NCBI GenBank assembly: GCA_030324005.1
Contig: JARDVH010000163.1
Span: forward strand, 56,917,054 to 56,981,053
Direction of reading: 5' to 3'
Length of the DNA: 64,000 bases
Origin: Negaprion brevirostris
Lineage: Eukaryota
A program made the position numbers and the translations under genes. The notes under the pieces are model-generated. The model had not been told where the DNA came from and searched no databases. It worked only from the letters and a program-made list of their open reading frames with translations. This document shows positions 26,375-39,552 of the stretch, piece after piece; position 1 is the first letter of the stretch, and each line of letters starts with the position of its first letter.

Positions 26375-26685
26375 TGGTGCAGAAGAAGGCCATCCGGCCC
26401 ATCGGGTCTGCACTGGCTCTTAGACAGGGCATCTGACCCAGGCCTTATCCCCAAACCCCAAGTATTTACTGTGCTAATCTCCCTAACCTACAAATCTTGG
26501 TATTGGCATGACCAATCCACCTGCCCTGCACACTATTGGACTGTCGGAGGAAATCGAAGCACCCGGAGGAGCACACAGACACTGGGAGAACATACAAATT
26601 CCACACAGTCACCCAAGGCTGGAATCAAAGCCAGGTCCTTGGCACTGTGGGGCAGCAGAGCTAACCACTGTGCCATCATGTCGCC
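26375..26685 (-). mobile_element. HE1-type V-SINE
   Basis: GCTAACCACTGTGCCA head at about 26660-26676; V core. Confidence 0.85.
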
Positions 26686-28149
26686 CACAGTTTACAGTTT
26701 TCTGTAAAGTTTTTGTTTAAACCAAAACATGAGCAAGAGTTTGCTGTGTAAATAACAGTGGGATTATGACTCTCAACCTTAGGTGCACAGAACTAGCAAT
26801 GTAACTTCAGGCAAGTGGTCAATGTGTTTTAAAACACAAATATCTGAAATATCCACCTTGTTCTTTGCTTCACTATTGAATTTCATTGACTAGAGTGAAG
26901 TTGTTATTATGTTTTACTTCTCCTCATGGTAAATGTATTAAGCATACTCAAGGATTAGTGAAACAATCATGTGGCTTCTCTATTTGAAGATAAGACTGTA
27001 TACAAAGAGCATTCACCGGGAGACTGAGAAACACATGTCTGTCCTCGACCAAGGCTGACTGCCTGCAAGCCTAATATGTTATGTCCTGAGAGGTGTTAGT
27101 GATTGACAGTAATTTAAGAGGTACCGCCTTAAAGAAGAATGCATATTATATCACAAGAACTGTATTTATGTGACAGGTACAAACTATACTCACCATAAAA
27201 GGTTTAGTCATTTCAAGTCTACCTCAGTTTTAACACCGTGGTAAATGTAATTAGTGCCAGTTAACCTCTCTGGCAGTGAAAATGAACTTTTACAAGTTTA
27301 GAATCTCACTTATTCAGGTTTTAGTTGAAGATCTTTTTGAAAGCATAATTTTAAATTTATTTTCAACTTAGCAATTCTGTTCCTTTTTTTCGCTCAATCT
27401 AAATTTCCCTTTCTTTCTCACCCATTTGAAATTACATTTCCTTCTCTGTCCTTCTGTCATTTATTTCACAACCTATCAGCTGGATTGGTTCAAGAGGTAT
27501 ACAGTCGCTTGATCCATCCAATCAGGTTGTTGAAAGTTTTCTTCACTGCAATGTTATCAATTCACACTTTCAGCAACTTTCCATGCAAGAAGTGGAAAAA
27601 CCCAAATATGTCAAGATAAATGTCATTTGATTCATTCCTACTGCTAATGATGGCCCATAAGGAAGGAAGTAGAAAGCAAGAGGAGTTTATCAAGGTTGAA
27701 ATAGCAAATGTCTAATATTTATGAGTATTAATGTCCTGTAAATGCAATGCATCATTTCAGACTGATGTTTCAGAAGATAGAAAGCTGTGGCTATTTAACG
27801 TGTCTGTGTTGGGGCAGGAACCATTGACTCTATACAATTACACTTAAACATTACTGATAAATATTTTTGTTTCAGAAGTTACTTCAGTGCTGTTGCAATT
27901 AAATTAGGCTGTCCTGGAGTGAAATCCAGTCACTCACAAAAGCAGATAAACAAACTTTATCAGTAGCAATATTAGAAAGCAACACTCCCCAGTGGCCCTG
28001 CTGAAATGCAAGTACAACTGACCCTCATATTGGCTTGTTGAAAATGAGAATTGTAATTTCTTTTAGCAAAGCATTTTCAGTAAGCTTCATCAGATTAAGA
28101 AGAAAGGGACAGATCAGATGTCCAGGGGGTTGGACAAGTTTAAAAACCA

Positions 28150-28466
28150 GAGCAGCATGGTGGCACAGTGGTTAGCACTGCTGCTTCACAGCGTCAAGGA
28201 CCCAAGTTTGATTCCAGCCTCGGGTGACTGTAGAGTTTGTACATTCTCCCCATGTCTGCATGAGTTTCCTCTGGGTGTTCTGGTTCCCTCCCACAGTTCA
28301 AAGATGTGTGGGCTAGGTAAATTGACCATGCTAAATTGCCCCTTAGTGTCAGAGGGACTAACATGACAAATATGTGGGGCTACAGGAATAGGTCTGGATG
28401 AGATTGTTGTTGGTGCAGATTCGATGGGCTAAATGACCTCCTTCTGCACTGTAGGGCACCTATGAT
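28150..28466 (+). mobile_element. HE1-type V-SINE
   Basis: GGTGGCACAGTGGTTAGCACTGCTGC head; CR1-like tail. Confidence 0.9.
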
Positions 28467-28956
28467 CCTCTGAAATATATTTCCAAACAGACCCTCGACT
28501 CTCACTCCCTACATTTGTTGCAGGGTGCTCCCCGAAGTGGGTTTGAATGGATTTTTCACCAATACTTTTCCTTCTGAAGGTTTCCACCAAGCTTGCTCCA
28601 ATGGTCCGACTTTCACCTGACTTGCATCACTGATGAACATCCAGGTACTATGCCAGTGTGACGTGTTCATTGGGGAAGTGGTTACATCACAAAGAAGGTG
28701 CACATAATCAACTGATGGATGTTTGTGCAGTTGATACAATTATGAGATGTCATCAGGGAGGTTTTCAAAGAATGCCTGACAGGCTATTTGCAAATAAATG
28801 CCTTTAATAATATGACTGTGCGGTTTGGGAAAGTAATCTCTCTTTTAAGTGAAGTATAGATCAGACAGCTAATAGTATGGTGCTTAACGGTGCCAAAGTG
28901 AGTTTGATTCCCTTGCTGCACCAGGTAGTTCTTTGGGCCTGCCTCTTTCACTTGCG

Positions 28957-29254
28957 ATGTGGATATGCCGGCATTGGACTGGGGTAAACACAGTAAAAAG
29001 TCCGACAACTCCAGGTTTTTGTCCAACCAATTTATTTGATAGTAAACTCACTAGCTTTCGAGGTTTCCCTCAGGTGAATGGAGAGTTCTGGCCTCAGATA
29101 GAGCATATAAAGCACAGACAGTTTACAGATTACTGATTAGAATGTGAATCTTTACACCTAACCTGCTGCTTAAGTCCTAAAGTGGCCAACAATGTGAGTG
29201 GAAGGAGCACTGATCACAGGTTAAAGAGATGTGTATTGTCTCCAGACAGTACAG
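28957..29254 (-). mobile_element. Penelope-like family A terminus running into a gap
   Basis: Matches 20420-20680 and 4870-4990. Confidence 0.8.
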
Positions 29255-32017
29255 NNNNNNNNNNNNNNNNNNNNNNNNNNNNNNNNNNNNNNNNNNNNNN
29301 NNNNNNNNNNNNNNNNNNNNNNNNNNNNNNNNNNNNNNNNNNNNNNNNNNNNNNNNNNNNNNNNNNNNNNNNNNNNNNNNNNNNNNNNNNNNNNNNNNNN
29401 NNNNNNNNNNNNNNNNNNNNNNNNNNNNNNNNNNNNNNNNNNNNNNNNNNNNNNNNNNNNNNNNNNNNNNNNNNNNNNNNNNNNNNNNNNNNNNNNNNNN
29501 NNNNNNNNNNNNNNNNNNNNNNNNNNNNNNNNNNNNNNNNNNNNNNNNNNNNNNNNNNNNNNNNNNNNNNNNNNNNNNNNNNNNNNNNNNNNNNNNNNNN
29601 NNNNNNNNNNNNNNNNNNNNNNNNNNNNNNNNNNNNNNNNNNNNNNNNNNNNNNNNNNNNNNNNNNNNNNNNNNNNNNNNNNNNNNNNNNNNNNNNNNNN
29701 NNNNNNNNNNNNNNNNNNNNNNNNNNNNNNNNNNNNNNNNNNNNNNNNNNNNNNNNNNNNNNNNNNNNNNNNNNNNNNNNNNNNNNNNNNNNNNNNNNNN
29801 NNNNNNNNNNNNTCTTTAACCTGGAAAGCGGATTGTGGAGTTTAAACATTTCCAACCCTACTGTCAAACAAAGGAATAGATGTACCCATATTTCTTTCCT
29901 TAGCAACAGCTAAAAAGCATCAATACAAGTAATTCTACTTGATGTGCATTATTTTCTGGCACTTGTAGGTTTTAAAGGGAATTTAAGAGACACTGCAGCA
30001 AGTCAGTGATTGATGACCATATTCGGTCAGGATGTTGTTCTCAAGTGATGTCCTCTGTTACGTTTGTTCATGGAACAGCCAATGCAGGTGACCATCAGTG
30101 TGAGACTTGAAAGGAATATCAAAAATTGATTTCCGAGTTGAGTAATTCCTGAATAAGTTTTGAAAAAAGGGCATCTCGCTGTCTGCCTCATCTTGAAATG
30201 CACCGAATGGGGTTTGCTTTCAGCCCTCAGAGGATGGTGAATCTATGGAATTCTCCTCACAGTGGAGGCTGCAAAGGAGGAAACAGATGGATATCTGTCA
30301 TGAACTTAGTTGGTATCCACTGCATATTTAAGCAAACATGCATTCCAATCATAAGGCAGACAGCGAGATTTAAACGTAATGTAACGGGGTCCTTGTCATT
30401 GCAAGGGCAAATCCTGCTGGCATAAAAGCTATTTTGGGACTGGCCCCTTGATTCTCCATCCACACTACTATCCCCGGAGAGTGTAGAAAATCGGGGGGGG
30501 GAGAATGGAAAGTCCCTCCCCCCCTTTCCCAGTCCCCAGAAATATAACTGCTGCTTTTAATGAGGCTCTGCATCACTTTCTGCTGCACCCATATGCTGTT
30601 CAACTCTGAGTGAAAAACAATGGATAAATCATCATGAATTGAGGTGCTATCATTGTCATAGATGTTTTTGTGACAAACGCACTCTCTGGTCAGTGTGGAA
30701 ACCTATGAGGTGTGAAAATGCTCCTGTTTCACAAAGTGTAAATCTGATCCACCATGAGCCATTTACAACATACATCCACCTTTAGTCACGCTCAGGAACA
30801 TTTGTTCCGATTGTCACAGCTCTTCAACATTAACCAACCATCAAGGGAATGGACACATATTTCAGAAACTTGCCAAATTGCTTCTCCCAACAGGTTCAAG
30901 AAATTAGATTTTAGCTAATGCATGGAGTGGATTAGCATTTAAAAACTCTCTCAGTTGTTTATGACTTTTAAAAAAATATTTGGCATTCAATTTGATCAAA
31001 TCTTCTCCAATTAGTTCCAGTACAAAAAAAATCCATGCTGCTCAAATCAAAGCTCTTCAAGACCTACGCCTGCCGTGCCTTGTAGTTCCCAAGATAAAGG
31101 CTAATGCTCCTTTGATACTACACAAGGCAGCAGCACTGATTCAGTTTTGAACTGTGATATATTGCACTCTCTCATCCATGCGAAGTTTAACAAGCATGAA
31201 TGGAGAATGGCTCAGTGATCTACGAGCTAAGGTTTTTCAAACTCTTATTCAACAGTTGCAGAGAAATTCCAATTTTCGTAAGGATCATTTCATCCTCACA
31301 TCACATACCAAGAAATTAACACAACTGTGTAAGAAGCCTGGCCGGTGACACCAACAAGGCCTCCTTTAATGAATGTTTCCACCACCCCCACCCCCGACAT
31401 CAGTGCCTGGATGCCAGAGAATGCCAGCATTGAACACGGACTATCATGTGGAGGAGTTTCTATTCCATGATGATGGTCTGGCAGTGGTGGCCACATTTTA
31501 CCTTTAAATGTAAAATCTTCCAGGAGCGCTTCCATCCTGACTCACTAATTTATGGGCACTCATGTTTTCCTACATTGGCACTGCCCACCTCTCCTGGTGC
31601 CTGAAATCTTGGGCACTCCCAAGATGTCTCAGATAGAGAGTTTGCCTACCAGCCCTAATTGGATAGCATTCCCAGGGGCAGCCTCTTAATTGGACACCTC
31701 CTCAAACATCTCCTCTAGAGTCCTGTCACACACACTTCCAGGCTCCCAATCTGGAGTTCAGCTCAGCATCAGGATTGGGACCCTGGAACTAAAATCCAAC
31801 CAACCTAACATCTCTGACACATTACAAGTTCTGGATAGCATGAAGAGAAAGACACTGTTCAGGTAGAACATGTGAAAATAAGCATCTCACGCATGTTGCC
31901 AAGTGAGCAGTGATCCTGCTTATGTGAGAGATCAGAGAAAATAGATTCAGTATTAGTCAGTGTTGTATCTATTTTCCAGAGTTGCCCACTTGTTGTAGTT
32001 TTGAAATTATACTACAT

Positions 32018-32316
32018 TGGCGGCTTGGTAGCGCAATGGTTAGCACTACTGCCCCACAAAGCCAGGGACCCAGGTTTGACTCCTGGTTTGGGTCACAGTC
32101 TGTGTGGAGTCTGCGCGTTTTCCCTGCGGGTTTCCTCCGGGTGCTCCGGTTTCCTCCCACAGTCCGAAAGACATGCTGGTTAGGTGCATTGGCCACACTA
32201 AATTCTCCCTCAGTGTACCTGAACAGGTGCCAGACTGTGGCAACTTCAATTTTCACAGTAACTTCATTGCAGTGTTAATGTAAGCCGACTTGTGACACGA
32301 ATAAATAAACATAAAC
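32018..32316 (+). mobile_element. V-SINE with alternative (non-CR1) tail
   Basis: Same head and core, but the tail is CAGTAACTTCATTGCAGTGTTAATGTAAGCCGACTTGTGACACGAATAAATAAAC. Confidence 0.85.
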
Positions 32317-32936
32317 TTAAGTGTTTAACAATTATTTCAAACAAAAAAATGAGTTGCAGTGTGGTGAGGTGGCTGTTCTCGTCATCACATATTTGGATAT
32401 ATATGCCTAGTAAGAAACTATTTATATCAGCAGTGTTCCTGATCATGTACTCAGGGTATTCACAAACAGCAGACTACCCCTGAAGTACAGTCATGGCTGT
32501 TGTGCCTGAAAATGCAGCAGATGATTTGTCCATGCCCAATCAGAAGATCACAAGTTGCTTGACCAGTTAATTTGCTTTTGATTGGAGGAGGAATGTTAGC
32601 AAACTTCCCAAAAAGGCACCAAGGATGGCTTGTTACATTGGATTGGCATTTTTGACAGATCAGCAGCTGTGAGAAGGAAAGTGGAAGAGGAAACTCCATT
32701 CGGATTAGACAGAAACATAAAGCAACACCATTGCTGTGGAAGATTTTAATGATTTATTTGGCGAATGGGACACAAATTCCCATAATGTTTAAACAGAGCC
32801 ATTTATTAATATGAAGCAATGTGGCAGAGATTTGTTGAAGATCAAAAAATTGTTTAATGTTTTTGTTTTTCTTGGACCTTACTATAAAAATGTACTCTTG
32901 TTACAATCTTGGTAGAGNNNNNNNNNNNNNNNNNNN

Positions 32937-33840
32937 CCCAGATTACCTATCCTTAATTGCCCTTGAAAATGTATGGTGCCCTACCTTCTTGAACCGCTGC
33001 AACCCATATGGTGTAGGTACACTCTTGAAGCTATTAGGGTGGGAGTTCTAGGATTTTGACTTAGTGACAGTGAAGCAACAGTAATATATTTCCAAGATAG
33101 CATGTGAATGGCTTGGAAGGTAACTTCCCAGGTTGTGTCCCAAGTATCTGCTGTTCTTGAACTTTTAGGTGATAATGGTCATTGTTTTGGCAGTGCTGTC
33201 TAAGGACTCTTGGTGAGTTCCTGAGTGAATATTGTAGATGGTACACATTGCTGCTAATATGGGTTGGTGGTGGTGAAAGTTTGTGAAAGGGATGTCAATC
33301 AAGTGGGCTACTTTATCCTGGACGGCATCAAGCTTCTCGAATGTTTGAGACGCACTCAACCAGGCAAAGGGAGAGTATTCCATCACACTCTTGACTTATG
33401 CTTTGTAGATTGCAGACAGGCTTTGGGGAGTCAGGCAATAGCCTCTTACCTCTTGTAGATTTTCCAGCTGTTCACAGAAATTTAAGTACCAAATTTGCCA
33501 TCCTCGCTTGCAATGGTGGTGGGGCATGAATGGCTGGAATATTCCAGTTTCTGTATTTAAATGGCTAGTCCACTTGAGTTTCTGGTTGATGGTAACCCCT
33601 ATGTTGTTAGTGAAGGATTCAGTGAAGGTAATAATATAAAATGTCAAGAGGTGATGGATAGATTCTGTCTTTTTGATGTTGTTCATTGTCTAGCACAAGT
33701 ATGACATGAATGTTACCTGCCACTTGCAAGCCCAAGCTTGGATATTGTTGCATACCCCGAGTACATGATCAGGAACAACACTGATATAAATAGTTTCACG
33801 CACTGCTTCAGTATCTGAAGAGTCGTAAATGGTATTGAAC
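32937..33840 (-). mobile_element. L2/CR1-group LINE 3' part (same family as 54695-56450)
   Basis: MEYSPFAWLSAS..KLDAVQDKVAHLI on the minus strand. Confidence 0.8.
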
Positions 33841-33841
33841 C

Positions 33842-35625
33842 TTGTACAATCATTGGTTCCTCTGGAACACTTCTATTCCTCACAAGGAGAATTTTAGAAC
33901 TGTCTGCTTCTTCCTTAAGCAGAGGCCAGGACAATTCCTATCCACCATCACTTTCCTACACCAAGCTAAACTTGTTCTCTCACTGAACAATTTCGCCTTT
34001 GACTTGTCTCACTTCCTGAAAATAAAACATGTGGCTTTGGGTACCTGCATGGGCCCCAGTTATGTCTGTCTTTTTGTGAGGTACATGGAGCACTTCTTAT
34101 TCCAGTATTACTTAGGCCCTATCCCACAACTCTTTCTCAGTTATATGATGACTATAAAGTGCTACTTCATGCTCTCATCCAGACCTGGAAAACTATTTGA
34201 TTTTCCTTCCAATTTCTACCCCTCTCTCACCTTCACATGGTCCATCTGCGATAGTCCTCTTCCTTTTCTTGACCACTCTATTTCTGGTGATACACTGACC
34301 ACCAATATTTATTACAAACCTATTGACTCCCACAGCTATCTCAGTACAGTTCAACACATCCCTTTCTCTGTAAGGACCCAATCCCATTCTCCAAGTTTCC
34401 CCATCTCTGCTGCATCTGTTCCAATAATGCCACCTTCGAAAACAATGCCCTTTCACTGTGGTTNNNNNNNNNNNNNNNNNNNNNNNNNNNNNNNNNNNNN
34501 NNNNNNNNNNNNNNNNNNNNNNNNNNNNNNNNNNNNNNNNNNNNNNNNNNNNNNNNNNNNNNNTCTCTCTTCTAGAACCATGACAAGGTCCCTCTTGCTC
34601 TCACTTTTCACCCTACCAGTCTCCGCATTCAAAGGATCATCTTCCACCATTTCCGCGAATCCCAACACAATACCACCACTAAATCCCCTTATCCCCCGGA
34701 CCACTCCCTCTGTGACACCTTGGTCCTCTCTTCCATCACCCCCAATCCTTGATTCCATGCTCATTCGCCTTTCCGTGCAATCTCAGAAGGTACAACAGCT
34801 GCCCCTTTATCACCTCTCTCCTCAATGTCCAAGACTTTAAACACTCCTTTCACGTTCAGTAGCATTTCACTTGCACTTCCTCCAATTTAGTCATTGTTCC
34901 CAGTGTGGTCTACTCTACACTGGGGAGACTAAATACAGACTGGGTGACCTGACTGCTTTGCAGAACACTTCTGCTCTGTCCTCAAGCGTGACCCCAACCT
35001 TTCTGTTGCTTGCCATTTCAACTTACTATCCTGCTCTCATGCCCACACGTCTGTCCTTGACCTGCTGCAGTGTTTCAGTGAAACCCAATGCAAACTGGAA
35101 GAACAATTGCTCATTTCTGATTAGGCACGTCATATAGCCTTCTGGTCTGAATATTGAGTTCAACTTCAGACTGTGACCTTTCCCCTCCATCTTGATTCCC
35201 ACCTTTAGTTTTCTGTTATTTGGCTCCTGTGGCCTGTCCCAATGCAACTTCATCCCTCACCCACATGGCCACTGTCCCTTGTTACTCAGTTTTACTCCCA
35301 CTGAGCACTGACTTCTGTTCTCCCATTAACTCATTTTGTTATCTTACCTTTGCCACTATTAACACTCTTCAGTCCTTATTGGGACCATAATAGCCCCTTC
35401 ATTTCATCTTTGTCAATCTCTCCTTAGTTCCAACCTGACTTTCCATTGCGCCTCACCCTGCTCTCCAAGTATACAATTCATCACATTTCTATCCCTTAGA
35501 CATGTAGAAGGGTCATGTGGACTTGAAACATTAACTCTGTTTCCCTCTCCACAGATGCTGCCAGACCTACTGAGTTTGTCCAGTTTTAGTTTTAGAATCC
35601 CAGCATCTGCAGAAATTTGCTTTTA
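33842..35625 (+). mobile_element. Penelope-like family B, RT + GIY-YIG fragment
   Basis: LVLSLNNFAF..HVALGTCMGPSYVCLF, LTFTWSI..PFLD, YYKPIDSHSY; CSQCGLLYTGETKYRLGD (GIY-YIG); terminus at about 35500-35625. Confidence 0.85.
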
Positions 35626-35630
35626 ATTTA

Positions 35631-36390
35631 AGTTTACATTGGAGTTTAATTTGGACAAATGTGAGGTAATGCATTTTGGAAGGCCAAATGCAGTTAGGGA
35701 ATATACAGTAAATGGCAGAACCCTTAGGAGTTTCGATAGGCAAAGGGATCGATGGGTGTACAGGTATACAGGTCACTGAAAGTGGCAACACAGGTGGATA
35801 AGGTAGTCAAGAAGGCATATGGCATGCCTGCCTTCATCAGCCAGGGTACTGAGTTTAAAAATTGGCAAGTCATGTTGATACTTTATAGAACCTTAGTAAG
35901 GCTGCACTTGGAATATAGTGTTCAATTCTGGTAGCCACACTACTAGAAGGATGTGGAGGCTTTGGAGAGGGTACAGAAAAGATTTACCAGGACACTGCCT
36001 GGTATGGAGGGCGTTAGCTATGAGGAGAGGTTGGAGAAACTTGGTTTGTTCTCACTGCAGCGACGGAGGTTGAGGGGGGACCTGATAGAAGTCTACAAGA
36101 TTATGAGAGGCATGGACAGAGTGGATAGTCAGAAGCTTTTTCNNNNNNNNNNNNNNNNNNNNNNNNNNNNNNNNNNNNNNNNNNNNNNNNNNNNNNNNNN
36201 NNNNNNNNNNNNNNNNNNNNNNNNNNNNNNNNNNNNNNNNNNGGGTTTTTGATAAGCGAGGGGATTAAGGGTTATGGGGAGAGGGCGGGAATGTGGAACT
36301 GAGCCACGACAGATCAGCATGATCTTATTGAATGGCGGGGCAGGCTCGAAGGGCTAGGTGGCCTACTCCTGCTCCTATTTCTTATGTTCT
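35631..36390 (+). mobile_element. CR1 LINE 3' fragment(s), relatively intact
   Basis: LYRTLVRLHLEYSVQFW, LERVQKRFTR, RRRLRGDLIEVYKIM; gap at 36143-36242. Confidence 0.9.
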
Positions 36391-36394
36391 TAAG

Positions 36395-36703
36395 AAGGAG
36401 ACCATTCAGTCTATTGCGTCTGCATCAAACACAATTCCACCAAAACATTATCCCCACCTATTTATCCGAATAATCCCTCACATCCCTAACCTATCACATC
36501 CCGGGACACTCAGGGTTAATTTAGCATGTCTCATCAACCTAACCCGCACATCTTTCGGACTGTGGGAGGAAACCAGAGCACCCGGAAGAAACCCACGCAG
36601 ACACCGGGAGAATGTACATACTCCACACAGACAGTGACCCAAGTCGGGAATCGAACCTGGGTCCCTGGAGCTGCGAGGCAGTCGTGTTAACCACTGTGCC
36701 ACC
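36395..36703 (-). mobile_element. V-SINE
   Basis: Clear B box (reverse complement of GGAATCGAACC) and head TTAACCACTGTGCCACC. Confidence 0.85.
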
Positions 36704-37104
36704 TACTGGCAAGAACCAAATGGTAATGGTCAACTGTTGTCTCTGTGACTAGAAGGCCATTTCCTCGGGGGGAATGGATTTCAAAGGATTCAGCACTCAG
36801 TCCCTTGCTTTTCAGGGTACACGTAAATGATGTTGGCATAAATGCAACAGGCAAGATTAAAAAGTTTGAAAATGGCACAAAAATTGGTTGCATAGTTGTC
36901 ATTGATTAAGAAAATAATAGACTGCGGGAAAATATTAACTGACTGGGCGGACAGAAAAGTGGCAAGAGAACTTTGAGAGACATGAAGTAATAAAGTTGCA
37001 GGAGACGGAAAAGGCAAGGGAATCCATAATAAATGGAATACTGAGCAGAGTGGAAAAACAGAGGGTCCATGGAGTGTATATCCATCGATCGCAGAAAATA
37101 GGTC

Positions 37105-38073
37105 AGCAGTGCAGGAGGAGGCCCATTGAGCCTGTACTGACAACAACCCCACCCCAGCCTTATCCCCATAACCTTGTTAATCCTTCTGACACTAAGGGGC
37201 AATTTGACATGACCAATCACCTAACCCATACATCTTTGGACTCCAAGGGATAACTTAGCATGGCCAATCCACCGAACTTAGGCATCTTTGGACACTAAGG
37301 GCAAATTTAGCTTGGCCAATCCACCTAATCTACACGTCTTTGGCGGCATAGTAGCACAGTGGTTAGCTCAGGTCACTGTTTATGTGGAGTTTGCACATTC
37401 TCCTCGTGTCTGCGTGGGTTTCCTCTGGGTGTTCCGGTTTCTTCCCACAGTCCAAAGATGTGCAGGTTAGGTTGATTGGCCATGCTAAAATTGCCCCTTC
37501 GTGTCCCAAGATCCTTAGGTTAGAGGGATTAGTGGGTAATAATATGTACGGACGTCGGGGTAGGGCCTGGGTGGGATTGTGGTCGGTGCAGACTTGATGG
37601 GCTGAAGGGCCTCTTTCTGCACTGTCGGGATTCTATGATCTTTGGATGCTAAGGGGTAATTTAGCATGGCAAATCCACCTAACCTACGCATCTGGATTTT
37701 TAAAAATTGTCTCATGTATTCGTATACAATGACAAGTATTGTTTCTTGCACGCTATACAGTCAAAGCAAACCATTCATAGAGAAGGAAAGGAGAAAGTGT
37801 TGAATGTAGTGTGAGAGTCAGAGCGAGGGTGCAGAGTAACATCAGCTTAGTGTGAGATTGGTCCATTCGAAAGTCTGCTGGCAGTAGGGAAGAAGCTGTT
37901 CTTGTGTCGATTGATACATGTCCTCAGACTTTTGTATCCTTTTGGACAGCAAGAGGAAACCGCAGCACCTGGAGGAAACCCACACAGACATGGGGAGAGT
38001 GTGCAGATGCCACACAGACTGTGACCCAAGCCAGGACTCAGGTCCCTGGCACTGTGCTAACCACTGTGCTGCC
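37105..38073 (-). mobile_element. Nested composite: minus V-SINE with internal tandem units, interrupted by a plus V-SINE (37344-37638) and a minus Rex1 3' end (about 37700-37942)
   Basis: Host tail at about 37105 and head at about 38055-38073. A unit of about 50 bp is repeated at 37188-37343 and again at 37645-37697. TCTTTGG flanks the inner SINE. Confidence 0.8.
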
Positions 38074-38295
38074 CAGTTTGCTGGCCTCCTCCTGTGCCGC
38101 AATCTCGTATTGGTCTATGCCAACAGTCAGAAGCAGAGAAACACCCATGACCCTGGCTACTAAGTACGACAGGAGATAAGAGTATCAGCTGGCCACAAAT
38201 ATTCAGTGTTCCGAGAGTGCTTGTGAAAGCCTTCACAACAAGAAATGTGAAAAGTGTGACAAGAACATGTGATGAAATTTGACTAACAAATGGAG

Positions 38296-38568
38296 TAGCA
38301 GGGTGGCACACTGGTTAGCACTGCTGCCTCACAGCGCCAGGGACACGGGATCGATTCTCAGCTTGGGTCACTGTCTGTGCGGAGTTAGCACATTCTCCAG
38401 ATATCTGCATGGGTTTCCTCCGGCTGTTCCGGTTTCCTCTCGCAGTCCGAAAGACTGGTTAGGTGCATTGCCCCAAACAGGTACTGGACTGTGGCGATTC
38501 AGGGAATTTCACAGCAACATAACTGCAGTGTTAATGGAAGCCTTACTTGAAACACTGATAAATAAACT
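38296..38568 (+). mobile_element. V-SINE with alternative tail
   Basis: Tail as at 32250-32316. Confidence 0.85.
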
Positions 38569-39307
38569 TTAAACATACTGACGCTTCAGGCTGTAGGTGA
38601 CCCTCTAGTAATCTGACTCTTCCAGCAGTGGTGCAGCACATGTGTAACCTGAGGCAAAATGATTTGCTTTTCAGCCCTGGAGTCATACCACGGGCAGAAT
38701 CCAAATCTTACTGACGTGTTAGTGCCCCGGTTATGTATCAACCCTCACATAACAGGCCCTGAATTATGAATAACCCCACGTAAACACAGAGATACTTCTG
38801 AACAAGTGAAAAGGGTTTTTGTTGAGGAGAAAGCGTGCAGCCTTTCAATCAACACCCCAAGTACTTTGCTCACGAACTGGGCACTGTATTCAACGATTGT
38901 CCAATACCATTGCGTTTCCATAGTAATCACTGCAGTTGCTATGGCTCACACAACTTACTGTTTTGTTTCATTTAGTAATTAGCTGAGAATTCTTTCAATG
39001 AGGGCTGCACACACAGAGGATTTCAAGACTCGTTTGCAAATTGACAGTGAACTGTAGACAAATCCCAGGATGAGAGGTGAGGGATCTCAAGTCCGTCAAC
39101 TGCTAGAAGCGTTCAGTAATACAGCCACACAGAGTGGCAGGTTCAATCCTCAACGTGTCCAAAGTTAGCTGATCACAAGGGTACAAGTAAGACCTGCCAC
39201 AACTGATATCCGCTCTGGACGAGAGTCAGGACAGTGGCAGGAGAGGACGCACATGTTCAGAAACATGACTAGGAATGTGATCAAATTTAGCTGTTGGCAG
39301 ATATGGA

Positions 39308-39550
39308 CAGGCACGGTGGCACAGTGGGTTAACACTGCTGCCTCCCATCGCCAGGGACCCGACTTCGATTCCTGGCTTGGGTCACTGTCTGTGCAGAGTC
39401 TACATATTCTGCCTGTGTCTGCGTGTGTCTCCTCTGGGTGCTCTGGTTTCCACCCACAAGTCCGAAAGACGTGCTGGTTAGATGCTAAGTTCTCCCTCAA
39501 TGTATCCGAACAGGCGCCGGAGTGTGGCGACAAGGGGATTTTCACAGTGA
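39308..39550 (+). mobile_element. V-SINE (alternative-tail type, truncated)
   Basis: GGCACGGTGGCACAGTGGGTTAACAC head; CAGGCGCCGGAGTGTGGCGAC segment. Confidence 0.85.
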
Positions 39551-39552
39551 TT

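Noticed and set aside
28150-28230. tRNA gene-like A and B boxes (many copies)
   Set aside because: They are SINE heads followed by V-domain and LINE-like tails, with no complete cloverleaf.
28509-28739. Protein-like frames and a plus-strand acceptor at about 28523
   Set aside because: All plus frames stop before the nearest donor, and the minus frames have no recognisable homology or clear splice pair.
29182-29913. Long ORFs of 196-243 aa (also at 505-1026 and other gap-spanning sites)
   Set aside because: They consist almost entirely of N-derived X residues.
37188-37343. Regularly spaced repeats superficially like a CRISPR array
   Set aside because: Vertebrate DNA; the units are tandem SINE-internal segments without unique spacers, and there are no cas genes.
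38745-38930. Minus ORF containing KVLGVLIERL, resembling KCNRG exon 2
   Set aside because: Wrong strand and upstream of exon 1; the match is too short.
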